Positions 48,248 to 62,372 of a stretch of 64,000 nt of DNA are shown piece by piece; positions within the stretch are counted from its first letter, which is position 1; the number at the start of each line of letters is the position of its first letter. A program made the translations under genes and the position numbers. This DNA comes from Haliotis cracherodii (taxonomy: Eukaryota), in assembly GCF_022045235.1 (NCBI RefSeq), contig NW_027266343.1, positions 32,984,001-33,048,000 of the forward strand, in the 5' to 3' direction. The notes under the pieces are model-generated. The model saw only the letters and a list, made by a program, of their open reading frames with translations. It had not been told where the DNA came from and did not search any database.

Positions 48248-51002
48248 GATATAACGACACCGCTTACATCCTTTACGTATTAAGGTCCCGGTCGCATCCG
48301 TGTCAGCACTATAGTCTAATACCACAAAACAACTTTTCAAATTTGTGATGACCCACAGAAGTATATAAATAACATTTAAATCTTGAAGTGTCAATCACTG
48401 TTCTTGAAAATATCATGTGCATAATCGCTCGTGGTGAATGTTGGCTTGCGAGTTTAAATGCTGAAATAAACTTGTTCTACTGAACGGCGAAGCAACATTT
48501 CTGTGGCCATTTTAACGACACATATTACTCGTCTTCATGACTTAGAGACACAAACAACGGTCTTCAAATGTGCATCAGATATACCACTTTAATATTTTTC
48601 TAACATCGGTGAATTGATATCTTAATAACTTAAACAAGTTTGTGTTAAATAAGGTTCGTTCGACATGACGTAAGTTTTGTTCTGTGCTGAAGGGGTGAGA
48701 AATGCTCTGCTGCTTGAAACGAGTTTTTTACGCTGATGAATACCTATTCAAACTTAACCTGGATTTTAAACATTGTAGTACAAAAAAACAGTACTGAAGT
48801 AGATGTTTTGTATTCTAACAAATTGTAACAGTCTGATACAGTTCCCATGAATTCCTTCAAAATAGTGTCTTTCATTCTACGCTCAGTCGTCGCTTTGATC
48901 TCAATACAATACATCGTATGGAAGATATCACCTATAAACATCAAGGTTCGTTCATAGATAGCATCCTATTAAGACTGATTGTGTTTCATATATAGCCGAA
49001 AATGTGTCATTGTTGCAAGGAATGAATTACATACCGGATTAGATTTGTATTTCATTTGGTTGTGCCGCACTTCAAAGCGCTGCCATGCTTAGATAGGCTC
49101 CCACAATAGCGCCATCTCAAGGGGTCATATTACTTTCATCAAGGGGCCAGAGAAGTAGATTCAGTATTTCTGTCTCTCAAAGATGACAACTTATTTCAGT
49201 TCATGTTTACAAAACTCACTCATTTGCGAGACAAGTCAGCAAAAATTCCATTTAACCGGCTTTACGACAACAAATAATTAGATGATGGCCGCTAGTCGCT
49301 GGAGGCTATCCTGCACCTTCCTGACGTGTTAGGGTAACACTTCCAATATGGCCTCCCTTTCACTCGCTGAGCGGCTCTGTACACGATCTCAATACAAGGC
49401 TGAGATCTCAATGATTTTTTTAAACACCAACAAGCATGAATATGGCTATTGCCCCAGGGAAGGCACTGGCGATAGTAGCCGGCCGTACCCGTCTCGGGTT
49501 ACACATTAGCATGACAACACTTCTCAAGTCTGTGTTCGACTCCAGAAAGCCCCTTAGCTCTGTCAGGCTCTTGCTCCTAGCCATTTGGATATTGAAGACG
49601 CTTTGGGAAAACACCAAATTGATGAAATATAAACACGGTGTTTAAGGCCTGAAACAAATTTATTTACCCCAGTCCCTAAGTCAGGTAGCGCTCGCAGATG
49701 TGCCTCCATAAACAGAGCCCTTCCGACCAATGGGGACAATGCCACAAAGGCAGGACTTGGTTGGATGTGGCGTATCAAATAGCAGCACAGGGATATTATG
49801 AATAGAAGCCAGACAAAACGGTGGTTTACGGAACAAATGTGGCTAGATTCACGTGTTAATTACACAATGTAATCGTATTGAGCTACAAGTATATCAGAGC
49901 AGTGGATGGTGCATTTCGCAGTAAATACCCTCCCAGTCAGTGGAATCATCCAAGACAATTTCAGGCTCTGTTTCACAGAGTCTCATACTGCAGGTGTTGT
50001 CCCTCCTTCCAAGCCTCTTCATAATCTGTCCACTTCCCGATCGGGTATACCCCAAGCTACACAGCTTGAAACCACGGTGGATTTATTACTTGTGAAATCA
50101 AGAGCCTGGCTCAAGAGGTCTACAACACACTAAACCAATTTTCTAATAGAGATGTATACAATAGCGGCCACCCCGTCGACGGCGTACGGCGGAACAATTC
50201 CCCATTGAAATATTCTCAACATTATGAGGGAAACGAAGATATTTAAAGAGTGATTCTGCCTGAAGACATGCGTAATGAAAACCCACATCGCCATTATTGC
50301 TATAAAATGATGTAATTCTGTATTAATTCCCCCAGGGGAAACAGAGCAAGGCTGTCGCCTTCATTTAACTGTACCCTTATTAACATATCACTTTATACAT
50401 GGGGAGGAAATGTTTTATCAAAGCAAGTTCATTTAAGAGCGTCTTTGATAACCAAACGCAATACATGGGTAGGATACAATTAGATTCTGAAGGATAATTC
50501 CTTTTGAAACTTCAAGAAAAAGTAAAACGAGAATTACATGATGTGAATGTGTTTCAAATATTTTCTTTAAAAACTATTTTTATGTCTTGGATGTAGCATC
50601 GATGGTTAATTCCGGCTGGCGCATTATACAGCCCCGATCATAATCTCTATAAATGAATTGGTCCCTCATAGTCGTGTTTATCTTATAGATTTGGTGGCAA
50701 ATTGGCAAACTATGACAATTCGTATCAATTTTAATTATTTTAATAATTTATTTGAAAAAGATTTTAAGCACGAAGATCAATGTCGATTTCAATTAGAAAT
50801 ATGATAGGTGACACGAAAATACTCAAAAAAGCGATAGCATTGTTTTCTTCAGGAATTAAGTAATCTAAAGGATTATCTAGAAACACGTAGAACGTACCAA
50901 TACAGACAATCGAACCCATACCCTCGGCGTGACGAGTCGCTTTAACCACGAGACTCCCCTTACCATCCCTTGGTTACAAGGGCATGTTTTCCAGAGGAAG
51001 TA

Positions 51003-51226
51003 TACTACCGGGCAAAAGAAGGTATACACCCATCATGTCTGATGGTGGCTAAAAATGGAACAAACGTGAAATAATCGTTCGTTGGTGATGTATTTGATAC
51101 GGGTCATAGTTTTAAACCTTAAGTTTGCAGTGTCGGGGTGACGGTTTTCAGCCTAGGAACGTTTGATAACGTTAAAAATTTTGGGAGAATAATTTTCAAG
51201 TTGACACTTTCTTTTGCCCGGCAGTT
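51003..51226. mobile_element. Tc1/mariner-type MITE
   Basis: TIRs ACTACCGGGCAAAAGAAGGT and ACTTTCTTTTGCCCGGCAGT are 18/20 complementary, with flanking TA. Confidence 0.7.
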
Positions 51227-51663
51227 TAGTCGGAAAAGCCATTTCCACAAAAAAAAGTTTATTCAGAATTTTTTTCTCATATATGTTCATAATATTTGAT
51301 ATACTTATTTGTGTTTTAGGTGTTATTTCAGTCCCACATGTTTGTTGTAATGGTGTTTGTATTCTTTAAGTGAACTGCTTGTTAGGTAAATTAACATAAG
51401 CCGCATACATGGGCTCACGTGTTCTTTCGCGTTTGAAGAATTAATCAATGCATTGTGTATACTTTTTTAATTACTTACAAAACTTACTTTGGTTATCGTA
51501 AGATCAATCAGATCAAAGGGGCACCATTGTACCCGTTGGGAATCGAACCTGGCCCTCGACTTACCTGGTTAACATCTTTACCACTTAAACTGATAGGTTT
51601 CCTACGTTAGAAAAGAGTGGCGTGTCTTGCTATCACGATGGCGTTATATTTATAACAATAGTC

Positions 51664-51937
51664 GGGGGCACGGGTGGCCAAGTCGTCTAAGGCGCTGCGA
51701 TTCGCTGTGCAGAGTTGCGTTCCTTGGGCACGCTAGAAACCTATAATTGTGGGTTCGAATCCCGGTTCGCCCCGATTATGTTTCTAGGTTTGGTTCCGTG
51801 CTCGTGGGTTTCACCAAAGTGGTAAACGTCTGAGACCTGCATCACTTCGGGCTTTCCTCCCACATTAAGCTGACACGCCGTGATATAACTGTAATACTGT
51901 TAAAAGCGGCGTTTAACCCAACTCACTCACTCACTCA
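51664..51937 (+). mobile_element. SINE family A
   Basis: Homologous to family A; shares its 5' flank with the 61565-61844 copy. Confidence 0.85.
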
Positions 51938-52074
51938 AATAGATCCAACTTAAACTGAGGAGATTGAACTAAGGAGTCTGTCTAAAATCCTATCTATTTA
52001 TTCAGGCAATATGTACATTGCCTGAGTATTTCAATCAATATACATATTTACTCCAACCTTTTTATTCAGGTAAT

Positions 52075-52315
52075 ATGGTACCTGTTGTTACCCTGTCTGG
52101 CGCTCGGCATTAAGGGGCTAAAACAAGGACTAGTCGGTATTGAGGTATTCATGTTAAACTGCGGCATGGTATCTCAGTGATAGCACTATAAATCGGCATC
52201 AGTCCGGACTAGTACAAGCAGCCACACAAACACACACACGTACATGCACGTCGCTATATAAGTGCAATAATCTTTGACGCGACGTTAAACCCCATTTCAC
52301 CTCCCTCACCTCACC
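52075..52315 (+). mobile_element. SINE family D, 5'-truncated
   Basis: Runs from ATGGTACCTGTTGTTACCCTGTCTGGCGCTC... to a CCTCACCTCACC tail. Confidence 0.78.
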
Positions 52316-53794
52316 GTCAGTATACACACTGCCTGATCATAGACATTTACTGCTACATATACACCTTCAAACACATGATTGAGAGGTTTGATTTGATTTA
52401 TATGTAGTATACATTGGCATGGAGATGAACATTTGATATGCCATTAAGTTAACATTAAGATTTAAGTTACGATAAATACTCTGGCAGATAACCCATTGAC
52501 ACTAGGGTCATTTCCAACGATCAGGGAACATCTGTTTTTAGAGCTAAATAATTGTTCAAGGTACCGACACGTCCTGATTTACGATTGTTATTGTGAAAGT
52601 AGTTGTGTATACATTTACCCTGATGATAAAATTTTATCCCGCTTTAGTAAAAAGGTAGAGGATGTGTTTCGTTTTCGTGACGTATGGGGGAAATAAAGAA
52701 CAAAGCCAACGAGCCGCGAAGAGGGATCTGTGAAAAGGTTGACATCCAAACCTACCCTGATGGGAAGGTTAGTCCGATTTAGTGTTTAATGTCATTGGAG
52801 ATGATTCTCGGGGCCTTCTGCTACTGTTTTCCTTCGAACAGGTTTCAAAATAATGACCAATTACCTGCGATAAATCATCGTTGGTGAACACGATTAGAGA
52901 GAGTCAGAAAAAATGTAACAGATACGTCGCTCCGTAAGAGCATACATCATCGGCAACAAGCGCATCGGGACCTAGCAGCACGGTAACCTATCATAGCATC
53001 TTATCAAGCGCCCCTAACCCCACATTAGCCTCAATTCTGACAAGACGAAATAGCCGTTTTGCTTGTTATTTGGGAAGCACCCTTCCTGACCACTAGATAT
53101 CTACAGAGTGCCGGTGATCAGGCCTAATTACATATTCTCGTCTACAATAGCCTCAAAACTGTCTTTTTAGCCTCCCCTAACAACCCTATCAGGTGGCGCG
53201 TGATTGCCTTCATTAGTAATGTGACCCCCCAACTTGCCCCTCACCCCCCATATTGCCTCCCCCTACCCCTCCCGGGACACCCAAACCGGCAATCGCTGGC
53301 GTGTGACACACACATTGTAACAAATTTCTGATATTTTTCTAAAACTTTGTCTCTGTGAGACTATCTGTTTCCCAAATCATCACGCATTGTGGTCTAAAAC
53401 AACTGCGCCCACTCACGCGAGCACTCCCCGTGTGAAAGGGGACCAGTATCACAAGCAATCTCATCACAGACTCAATCTCAGGTTATTGCCCATAGTTTAT
53501 AGTCCCGGTGCTTGATGGGATGAACGTTTATTAAGGGGGATATCATTGATGAAAACGCGTCAATAATGTCTGACATACGATTGTGTCTTTCTCATCGATC
53601 ACGCTTTCAGTGATGACATTTGATATGAATATGATATGGCCATATCCCACTTTACATGCTGGACGTTATCTTACGCCACTCTACTAAATTCTCATTCACT
53701 GAAATGTAGACGTCCATTTAAAAATCAAAATACCGTATTTCCTCTATTAAGAGCCCGTTTCCATATCAAGAACCAGTTTCTTATTAAATTCAGT

Positions 53795-54050
53795 TGCGCC
53801 CAGCCGTCTAAGGCTCCACAATTCGGAGTCGCGTCCCATGGGCACGACAGAAACCTATGATTGTGGGTTCGAATCCCGGTTCGCCCAATTTTATTTCAAG
53901 TTTTGTCAGCACCATACCCGTGCTCATGGGTTTCACCAAAGCGGTAAACGTCTGAGACCTGCATCACTTCGGGCTTTCCTACACATTAAGCTGACACACC
54001 GTGATAAAACTGGAATACCGTTTAAAGCGGGGTTAAGCTCAACTCACTCG
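53795..54050 (+). mobile_element. SINE family A, diverged
   Basis: Homologous to family A. Confidence 0.8.
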
Positions 54051-55999
54051 CTATCAAAGGCCCATGTTAGAAGCCTATAGTTATTAACTGTATCTGACAA
54101 GGCCCTTGATTATTAGAGGCCCAGCTCTTATATTGTGAAACATTATACAGACACATCTCTGATAGACATGTATGAAGGCAGTCTAATGGTCGGATGTCGG
54201 GCACATATGTCGGTCTTTGTTTAACGTGACGCCGGGAAAGCAATGCGAAGCATTTTGCTGTTAATATTTTGACAAAATATCTCATTCAAAACGAGTGGGG
54301 GTGTTAATGAAAGGGGAAATAAAATTAGGCAGGATCAAAAAAGGTTGGTCACAAATGCATGACATACGTTTGAGGGGGGGGGGGGGGGGGGGTCATACTT
54401 AAAGATTACGCTTAAATGGCATCAGATATCCAGAAATTGCGCATGTATGAAGAAGAATGAAAAGTTTTTTTCTGCAAAAACAGAATCTCCAAAATCAGTG
54501 CCAGTTTCCGGGCAGATACCCGTTTGGAAGAAAATTGCGCAGATGATTCCGTTGAGAATATTGGCTCGGTAGTTTTTGGTATCCTAAAAGGCTTTCTGGT
54601 ATCTGCTACTGCGGCGAACAAGTCGGCATTTAATAAGGATACTTTGTAACTGAATACCTGTTTCCGTAGTTGAGAATCGCCTCTAATACATCCCGGGGTA
54701 GCCTGAGGGTAGCCAGGGCAGATGAACACGGATGGAGAACCGCCGACTACCCGTTGGTTGGGGATTGTCTAAGTGAACTAAGTAGTATTGTTGGCTGAAT
54801 CGCAGCCAATTATGGTCTACCTTTTTGCGTTGGCTTGATACCTGAGATCCAATACTCGCCTTTTAGTTGTGTTTTCCTTCCAGAAAAATGTGTTTATTCG
54901 GTTTTAATCGCATTGATTCTCTTTCACCACGCCATGCAGGTGCGCTATCAACTTCTATTGCTCACCCCCCTCCCCGTCCCCTTGTGATTAGAACGCGCTT
55001 TCACGGGGGAGGGGCACTTACCCTTCCTTGACGGGGGGTTGGGACACCTATTTCACAGTCATATATGTTGGCTTCATGTTGAAATTAGAGTAAAGGCAAG
55101 CATCTTGGGTCTAATGAAACGAAAACATTCCATGAGATGGAGCAGGTAGTTCGCCAGTGTCATCCCACACAAGTTATTAAACTGCTTTGTCGGAATAATA
55201 GCGTTATTGGCCAGGTGTGGGGGATGCAAGACCACGGTTATTATGGGGATATATAATTGACGGGCTGGACTGACTGAAGCAAATTGTCTGACAAGCGCCA
55301 TCTTGCGGCAATCAAGGGAATTGCATTCCTATCATTTCAAGGTTCTTTATGTCGCCACTTGAGGTAGGCAGTCATACAATGCCGTCCTATGGAGACGTAA
55401 TTACGATGGTGTCAGTGTCGTAACAATGGCATATGTGTCAATGCGTGGACCGAACAGGCTTAAATGAAAATATCATTGACAGTATTTGTCGAATGAGATT
55501 CACTTGGGGTTCTATATTACCGTTTGAAAGGCTTCATTACCGTTTGACCACACGTTAACGCTGGATATCTCGCATACTTGAAATAGCGGATGACCTTTCC
55601 TGTCAATCATCGCTTTCAGTGACCGGCTCGGGTCACAGGTCATTGGGGCAATAAAACAATATTAATCCGCCGGAAGTGGAATGTTCCGGGTGAAATATTT
55701 TGAAAGCTCTCTGTAACTTTGTTTCTTTTATTCACACGAAGGTGCCTTTTATATCTTTGAATACATTATGATATGGCATTTTTTCGAAAGAACCTTATTT
55801 ATTTAGAACGGACTTGAGGAGCCTTCTAAAGATGAAACTTTCGAAACCACTTCCTTCGTCACTTGTTGAAAAAAAGTACAAATCGCAATTATTTTTTATT
55901 ATAGATAAAGGTACATTGTCATGTTTGAAATCCGAAAATTGCATTTGTTGTCAGCTTGGTTGCCTCGTATATCTTTTAGGACTGTTTAACCAGCTGAAA

Positions 56000-56167
56000 G
56001 AGTGAGTGAGTGAATGAGGTTTTACGCCGCTTTTAGCAATATTCCAGCAATATCACGGCGGGGGACACCACAAATGGGCTTCACACATTGTACCCATGTC
56101 GGGAATCGAACCCGGGTCTTCGGCGTAACGAGCGAACGCTTTTACTTCTAGGCTACCCGACCGGCCC
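56000..56167 (-). mobile_element. SINE family B
   Basis: Homologous to family B. Confidence 0.85.
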
Positions 56168-56555
56168 TCGTCAGCCTCAAAGACGACTATTACAGTAGGT
56201 GGAAGAAACAATTATTTTCAACGCAATTTGCAGTTAAACAGATATGATATTCGCTGTCCGACCAAGAACCTGATTGAAGGTTGATCTATAAAGAGTCTCC
56301 GCTGCGTGATAAAAGAAACAGTTTTTCCTGTCAGTTATTTTTTCCAAAAGCGTTACTGGAGCTCTTAAAATACTTAAATGTTATTTCAGAATTGTTAAGG
56401 TAAATGTAGATTTCGCTAATTTTCTTAAAAGAGTTACAATAAAATGGTAAGTTTCAAAGGACAAATATTAGGGTAAATTGTGCTACAAAATGCTGATATT
56501 GCAGGAATTTGCGATTACCTATGCAAATACTTTAGGGATAGCATACGCCTGTGCG

Positions 56556-56556
<1 letters not shown>

Positions 56557-56594
<38 letters not shown>
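56557..56594. repeat. (CA)n microsatellite
   Basis: Direct reading. Confidence 0.95.
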
Positions 56595-56596
<2 letters not shown>

Positions 56597-58857
56597 CTGC
56601 ACCCTCCAAGAGGTACCATTTACTCTACAAACTCGGCTGATTTGCAGGCGGTAATCGAGTACTCGATGAATCTTTATTAACGATTACTCGAGCAGTGATT
56701 TCGGCACCCGTTTCAGCCGTATTCTTGACACATCAAATCATACAGATAGTTAGATCAATGTTCGTGAACACAAATCAAGGTATTGGTATTAGCTTGACCC
56801 CTCAGTGTTGCAAGTGTTACCATTAACGGAAGAAATGACAAAGAAGGCTCATGCAACAATCACTGGATTGTCTGGTCGAGATTTCATTATTTACATGCAC
56901 TAAGCTGGAATATTGTTGAAAGTGGAACTGCATGACACTTAATCGGTCATATTAATGTGAGAGGTTTAGAATACGAAATTAATTCATATCCTATAATTAA
57001 TGAAAATAAAACGGGTTTCTGTAAATGAAATTATAATTAAGTTGGCTGGTGTCGCGTTCAACAGACATAACGACAATCAACTATAACACTGTGGTTAGGT
57101 TTACCGGTGGTCGGATTCTGTTTCGTATTTTCAATGGATTTTCCACTTAATTTAGTACTAATTTATTCCACGAACTTCACCAAACAACCATATTTCTTTC
57201 GAGCTTGATACGCGACACAGGATGATTATTATGCGAGGTATCGTTCGGGATGATGCTTGACAATAAACATTATATTCATTACCGTGCATTAGCATATGAC
57301 ATTACATGTGCACAACATTGCTTTTAGCTTTTCCAAACGGTAGTTGATAATTCTTGTGAGTTTTAACGATTATGCAAATAAGAACACAGTGTTAACTATA
57401 GTACCAATGATGTTCATTTAGTTGTATTCATTAATGCTTGAGGTAATGTCAAGCCTTAATCGTATTGATGTGTTCAGTTTACAATAACAATTATACCATT
57501 TCCACCGACCTAATAGTCTGAGGCTATTGAGCGGTATTCGAGAAGCACACGATACCATGTTCAATATACAAAATAATATCCTTCCCAGCGCCAGGTAATG
57601 GCGAGATGAACCAGCAAAAAGGATTATATCATTGATTCCCCGTGAGTTAGTTATGAGTACTTGATCACAAAGGTGGCATATTATTGATGATAGGTAGTGC
57701 TGGGACCTTTAGTTCAGAGCCAGTGGACGGAAAATGACATAAATTAATGAATCCACGGCTCCACTTACACCCTGACACGAACAAGGCCCTTGCATTTAGG
57801 ATCTTTCAGAAAACAACAGGCTTTCTATCACTCAATCGAGGTCTTTATACAATCTCGCCATATTCGCGTTTATCAATTTCCGATTATATTTCATATTTCA
57901 CATATCGAATAGTGGCTGTGCGCTGTAATTCTTTCTTTAATCGCCATTAGAGCAGCAATTTTGCGACAATAACGTGGTACCGTTGACAGCGGGACAATGA
58001 AGGGCCGCTCAGCCATGTCGGGAAACGCCGCCACGAACCCCCGTCTGTTTTATTGACGCACAACTAAAAGCATTTAGACGTAACCTCTCTACCCGATGAT
58101 ATTTTCCTCCGGTAATTTCATCCCTTATTGCGAAGCTTTATCGGCACAACCTGTATGATTTTATCAAATTTACTTGTTCCTTTGTTGAAAGACTGTGATT
58201 TTGTTGACACTAGATCGAGGTTTGATTTTTCCCGCGGAGAGCGTGACAATTAAACCGTGTTTGTTTTTTCTCTCCATGATAGCTTGAGGCGTATCTGTTT
58301 ACTCGGTCAGTGTAAGTGATAGAAGACTAGCCTCTAATGTCAGCAGGGTGATAAAGTTATCAAGCAATTAATAAAGTCTTTGTTATTATAAATTACTCAT
58401 TGAAAGTTAAATCGGGCTGTTTTTTGTCTGGTTTTATTGTAAAATGTTGGTCATTCTTCATATTAAATTAATTTAATTGCTATCAAAAAATATTAATCTT
58501 TGACAATAGCATTGGAGTGAGTGAGATGGATTTAGCGCCGCTTTGAACTGTTTTTCAGTTATATCACCTCATGGCATTTTAATGATGAGGGCAACGTATT
58601 TTGTTACGTCATCAACGCTAAAAACAATGGGAACTCCGTTGGCGGAACTGTTGGGGATTGTCGGACCGCTTCTACTAGCCGACAACACAGCTCTCGGGGA
58701 CGCGGTGAAGTTGATGTTTGGTTGGACCAGAACCGGCAATGTTTTATCTGTGGAATCACATCATCAATTCTGATTTCTCCCAAATATTTTGGGAGAAATT
58801 GTATCTTTCTGCTCTGAACATCGTTCATGACTACTAACGTCACGAACTGAATTAACT

Positions 58858-59116
58858 TTTTGTTTGTTGTTTAACGCTGCACTCAGCAATATTCCAGCTA
58901 TATGACGAGGGTCTGTAAATAATCTAGTCTGGACCAAACAACCCAGTGATTGACATCATGATCATCGATCCACGCAATTGGGATCGAGGACATGCATCAA
59001 CCAAGTCAGCAAACCTGACCACCCGATCCCTTTAGTCGCCTCTTACGACAAGCATAGTCGCCTTTTACAGCAAGCATGGGTTGCTGAAGACCTACTCTAC
59101 CCTGGAATCTTCAGGG
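58858..59116 (-). mobile_element. SINE-like family C
   Basis: Homologous to family C. Degenerate fragments also occur at about 9610-9705(-), 41975-42090(-), 56850-56920(+) and 61225-61390(+). Confidence 0.85.
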
Positions 59117-60493
59117 GCAACTTATTCAACTGCCTTGCTCAAGACTTGATATTTGTCCATACTGCTACTCTCTGCTGTAGGATTTTGAAAAACAACTATT
59201 AATATCTAGAATTGTTAACATCTTATAATTTGGTATTCAAACAGTTAATAAGCTATAAAAAGCAGCCTTGAGATTTTTCTTTTTTTTAAAGTCATCAGTC
59301 ATTAAAAATAATAAAACTCATCCTCCGTGTTTTAGCGATGAGAAAAAATTGTATAATACCAATATATGTTCTTTATGCCATGAAAAATGTAAGCCATCGA
59401 ATGTTTTGTTAGAAGACTTGAGATTCCACATGAAACCCATCAGTGTCCTATTTGTCAAATGCTACAACAAGCCATGCACATCAGCACCCGGCACATGTAG
59501 CCACTATATTCATGAGTAGAGCGACAAAATCGGTCACGACTGCCGGTATAGTCACACGAAGGACACTCTGTGTGCCGGTATGCATAAATGTACCTACTTG
59601 TTCAGCCAGGATACTCCTACCTACGTAAGCACAATTGACTTGTTCGCTTCGACATAAAAATATCCTGACATTGCTAAATTGGAAACAATACTTTGGTAAC
59701 AAAAAGACGTCCAAGGTTTTGTGTCAAAAACCGATCTCAGCATATCGACACTTGAACAAAGTATCGCTATAGTCGAAAGGATGAGACTGATTTGTGAAAC
59801 GTTGAATGGTGGAGTAGGTGAGTGGTGGAGGTGTTGCTTCGTCACAGTGCAAACCCAGGTTTGATTCCCAACTTTTAATTCCGAGGTATGCACCCTGTTC
59901 TGTCTCACCTCCGGTACGGGTTCGATTCCTAACATGGTTACGCTACTTGAAGTCCATTTCTGGTGTCCCCCGTCGCTATATCGGCGGTGTACTCACTTGC
60001 TCGATGACGTAGAATATTGCTGTCTTAGCATATTTCACAATGGCCGTTCACACCCTCTGTATCTAGTGCACATGTTGTTTTGGAGATGAATCTTCATAAA
60101 AGCGACAAAACTATTTTTATAATCATAAGAAATCTCAAGACTATATCAGAAGTATGTCTGTATAAATCACTATCAAATGGTGATGATGCCAGGTGTTGGC
60201 GAAAAGGTGAGCGTATCCTGTCCCACCGACGGCACCCATCACAAACACATGCAAAGACAAGTCAATTTTTCACCTATAAAACACGGTGTCATATGGTGCA
60301 AAATAGGGAATGGCATCGTACATAATTTGGTTATGTGTCAAGATTGCAATTCAAGTCCCCAACAATAAAACTTTTTCTGAGTTTTACTAAAAGTCTTTTC
60401 CGAGTTTTACGAAGTCCTTGTTGAAATCTTCGCGGAAAGAGCATGCTCGATTGCGCCTCAAGAGTTGTGAAATGTGGCCAATAAAGGCTGGAG

Positions 60494-60646
60494 GCGTTCG
60501 GGTAGCCTAGTGGTTAAAGCGTTCGCTCGTCACGCCGAAGACCCGGGTTCGAATCCCGACATGGGTACAATGTGTGAAGCCCATTTATGGTGTCCCCCGC
60601 CGTGATATTGCTGGAATATAGCTAAAAGCTAACTCACTCACTCACT
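60494..60646 (+). mobile_element. SINE family B with TSD
   Basis: TSD CAATAAAGGCTGGAG at 60479-60493 and 60647-60661. Degenerate relatives lie at about 59815-60020, 50895-50960, 51523-51590 and 61925-62030. Confidence 0.9.
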
Positions 60647-61564
60647 CAATAAAGGCTGGAGTTGCTGGAATATTGCTCGACATTAAGTCACTTGGTACGA
60701 CCCATTGCCTATTTGCATGATAGCACGATAAAAATGCAAATATGAGTTGTTTTCTCATGTTATGTAATAGAGAAGCTAACCCGGAACGCTGAACTAATCA
60801 CAACGCGTGATAGGGCGTGTGATACGTCATGCTGTAGAGCATTCTGACCACAGACAGCTGGCCAAGTAGGTTAATATGACGTCATAGGAGATGGTGAAAT
60901 AAAAGCGACAAGAACGATTTTCATTATCATCAGAAATCTGCAGTAAACGTAGAGTCCATTGATTCCGACGATATCATGAGCATGTATGGTGCATGTATGG
61001 TGCTGACAAATCTAGAAACATAATCGGGGCGAACCCACAATCATAGGTTTCTGGCGTGCCTAAGGGACGCAACTCTGCACAGCGAATTGCGGCGCTTCAG
61101 ACGACTGGGCCACCCGTGCCCCCCAGATGCATGATGACTTGAACAGGTTGAACCCCGCTTTAAACAATATTTCAACCGTCGGGATTCCGGGAAAGAATTT
61201 AGGCCCCAAACAACCTTTGCTTAATGGTTCTGTGGTCAGGTTCGGGATTTGGATGACTGCATCTCATCGTATCCAAATCGTATGGATTGATATCCATGAT
61301 GTCAATCACTTGGTTGACCGGTCCAGACTTAAGTATTTCCAACCGCTATCAACAGGAACATTTTAGCGCGGCGTTAAGTAACGAACAAAGAAATATAACA
61401 GTAATTCAGAGAGTTTATATACGTTACTACATAATTTGGAAATCATATTTTAGTAAGATAAGTCATGGAATAGTTTTCATATGTTGTCGACGATTTCAAC
61501 GAACTAATACTATTACAAATATGATTTCTATTTTCTATTTTGCTCTGAACCGACTTTTGTTATA

Positions 61565-61844
61565 GTGAGTGAGTGAGTTCGGTTTAACGCCGCTTTTAAC
61601 ATTATTCCAGTTATATCACGGCGTGTCAGCTTAATGTGGGAGGAAAGCCCGAAGTGATGAAGGTCTCAGACGTTTACCACTTCGGTGAAACCCACGAGCA
61701 CGGGTATGGTGCTGACAAACCTAGAAACATAATCGGGGCGAACCGGGATTCGAACCCACAATCATAGGATTCTGCCGTACCCAAGGGACGCAACTCTGCA
61801 CAGCGAATCGCGGCGCCTTAGACGACTGGGCCACCCGTGCCCCC
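61565..61844 (-). mobile_element. SINE family A (a partial copy also lies at 60994-61124)
   Basis: Homologous to family A on the minus strand. Confidence 0.88.
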
Positions 61845-62049
61845 GACTATTGTTATGAATATAACGCCATCGTGATATGGAGAACTTAGCAAGACACGCC
61901 ACTCTTTTCTAACGTAGGAAACCTATCAGTTTAAGTGGTAAAGATGTTAACCCGGTAAGACGAGGGCCAGGTTCGATTCCCAACATGGTACAATGGTGTT
62001 CCATTATTGGCGTGACTCGCCATGATATTGCTGTAGATGATGCAAACTA

Positions 62050-62372
62050 TAATGGTCGCGTTCGACATTATTGCACTTACATAGCGAATTGCATGCACGT
62101 GCGCGCGCGCTTGTGTGTGTTTGTCTGCTGTACTAGTCTTAACTAATGCCGCTTTTATAGTGCTAGCAAACCGGGATACCATGCTGCAGTTTAACATGGC
62201 TACCCCACTCAGACACAGTATACTGACTGTGATCCGACTCGTCCCCGTTTAATTATCCCTTAACTACCGAGCGCCAGGCAGGGTAACATCAAGTACCATC
62301 TTTTAACGTCATTTGTTATGACGTACTATCGACATTCGCTCTGCGGACAGACGTTCTATCCACTAGACCAAG
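62050..62372 (-). mobile_element. SINE family D
   Basis: Homologous to family D. Confidence 0.72.

Noticed and set aside
47990-48394. ORFs spanning X runs
   Set aside because: Artefacts of the N gap.
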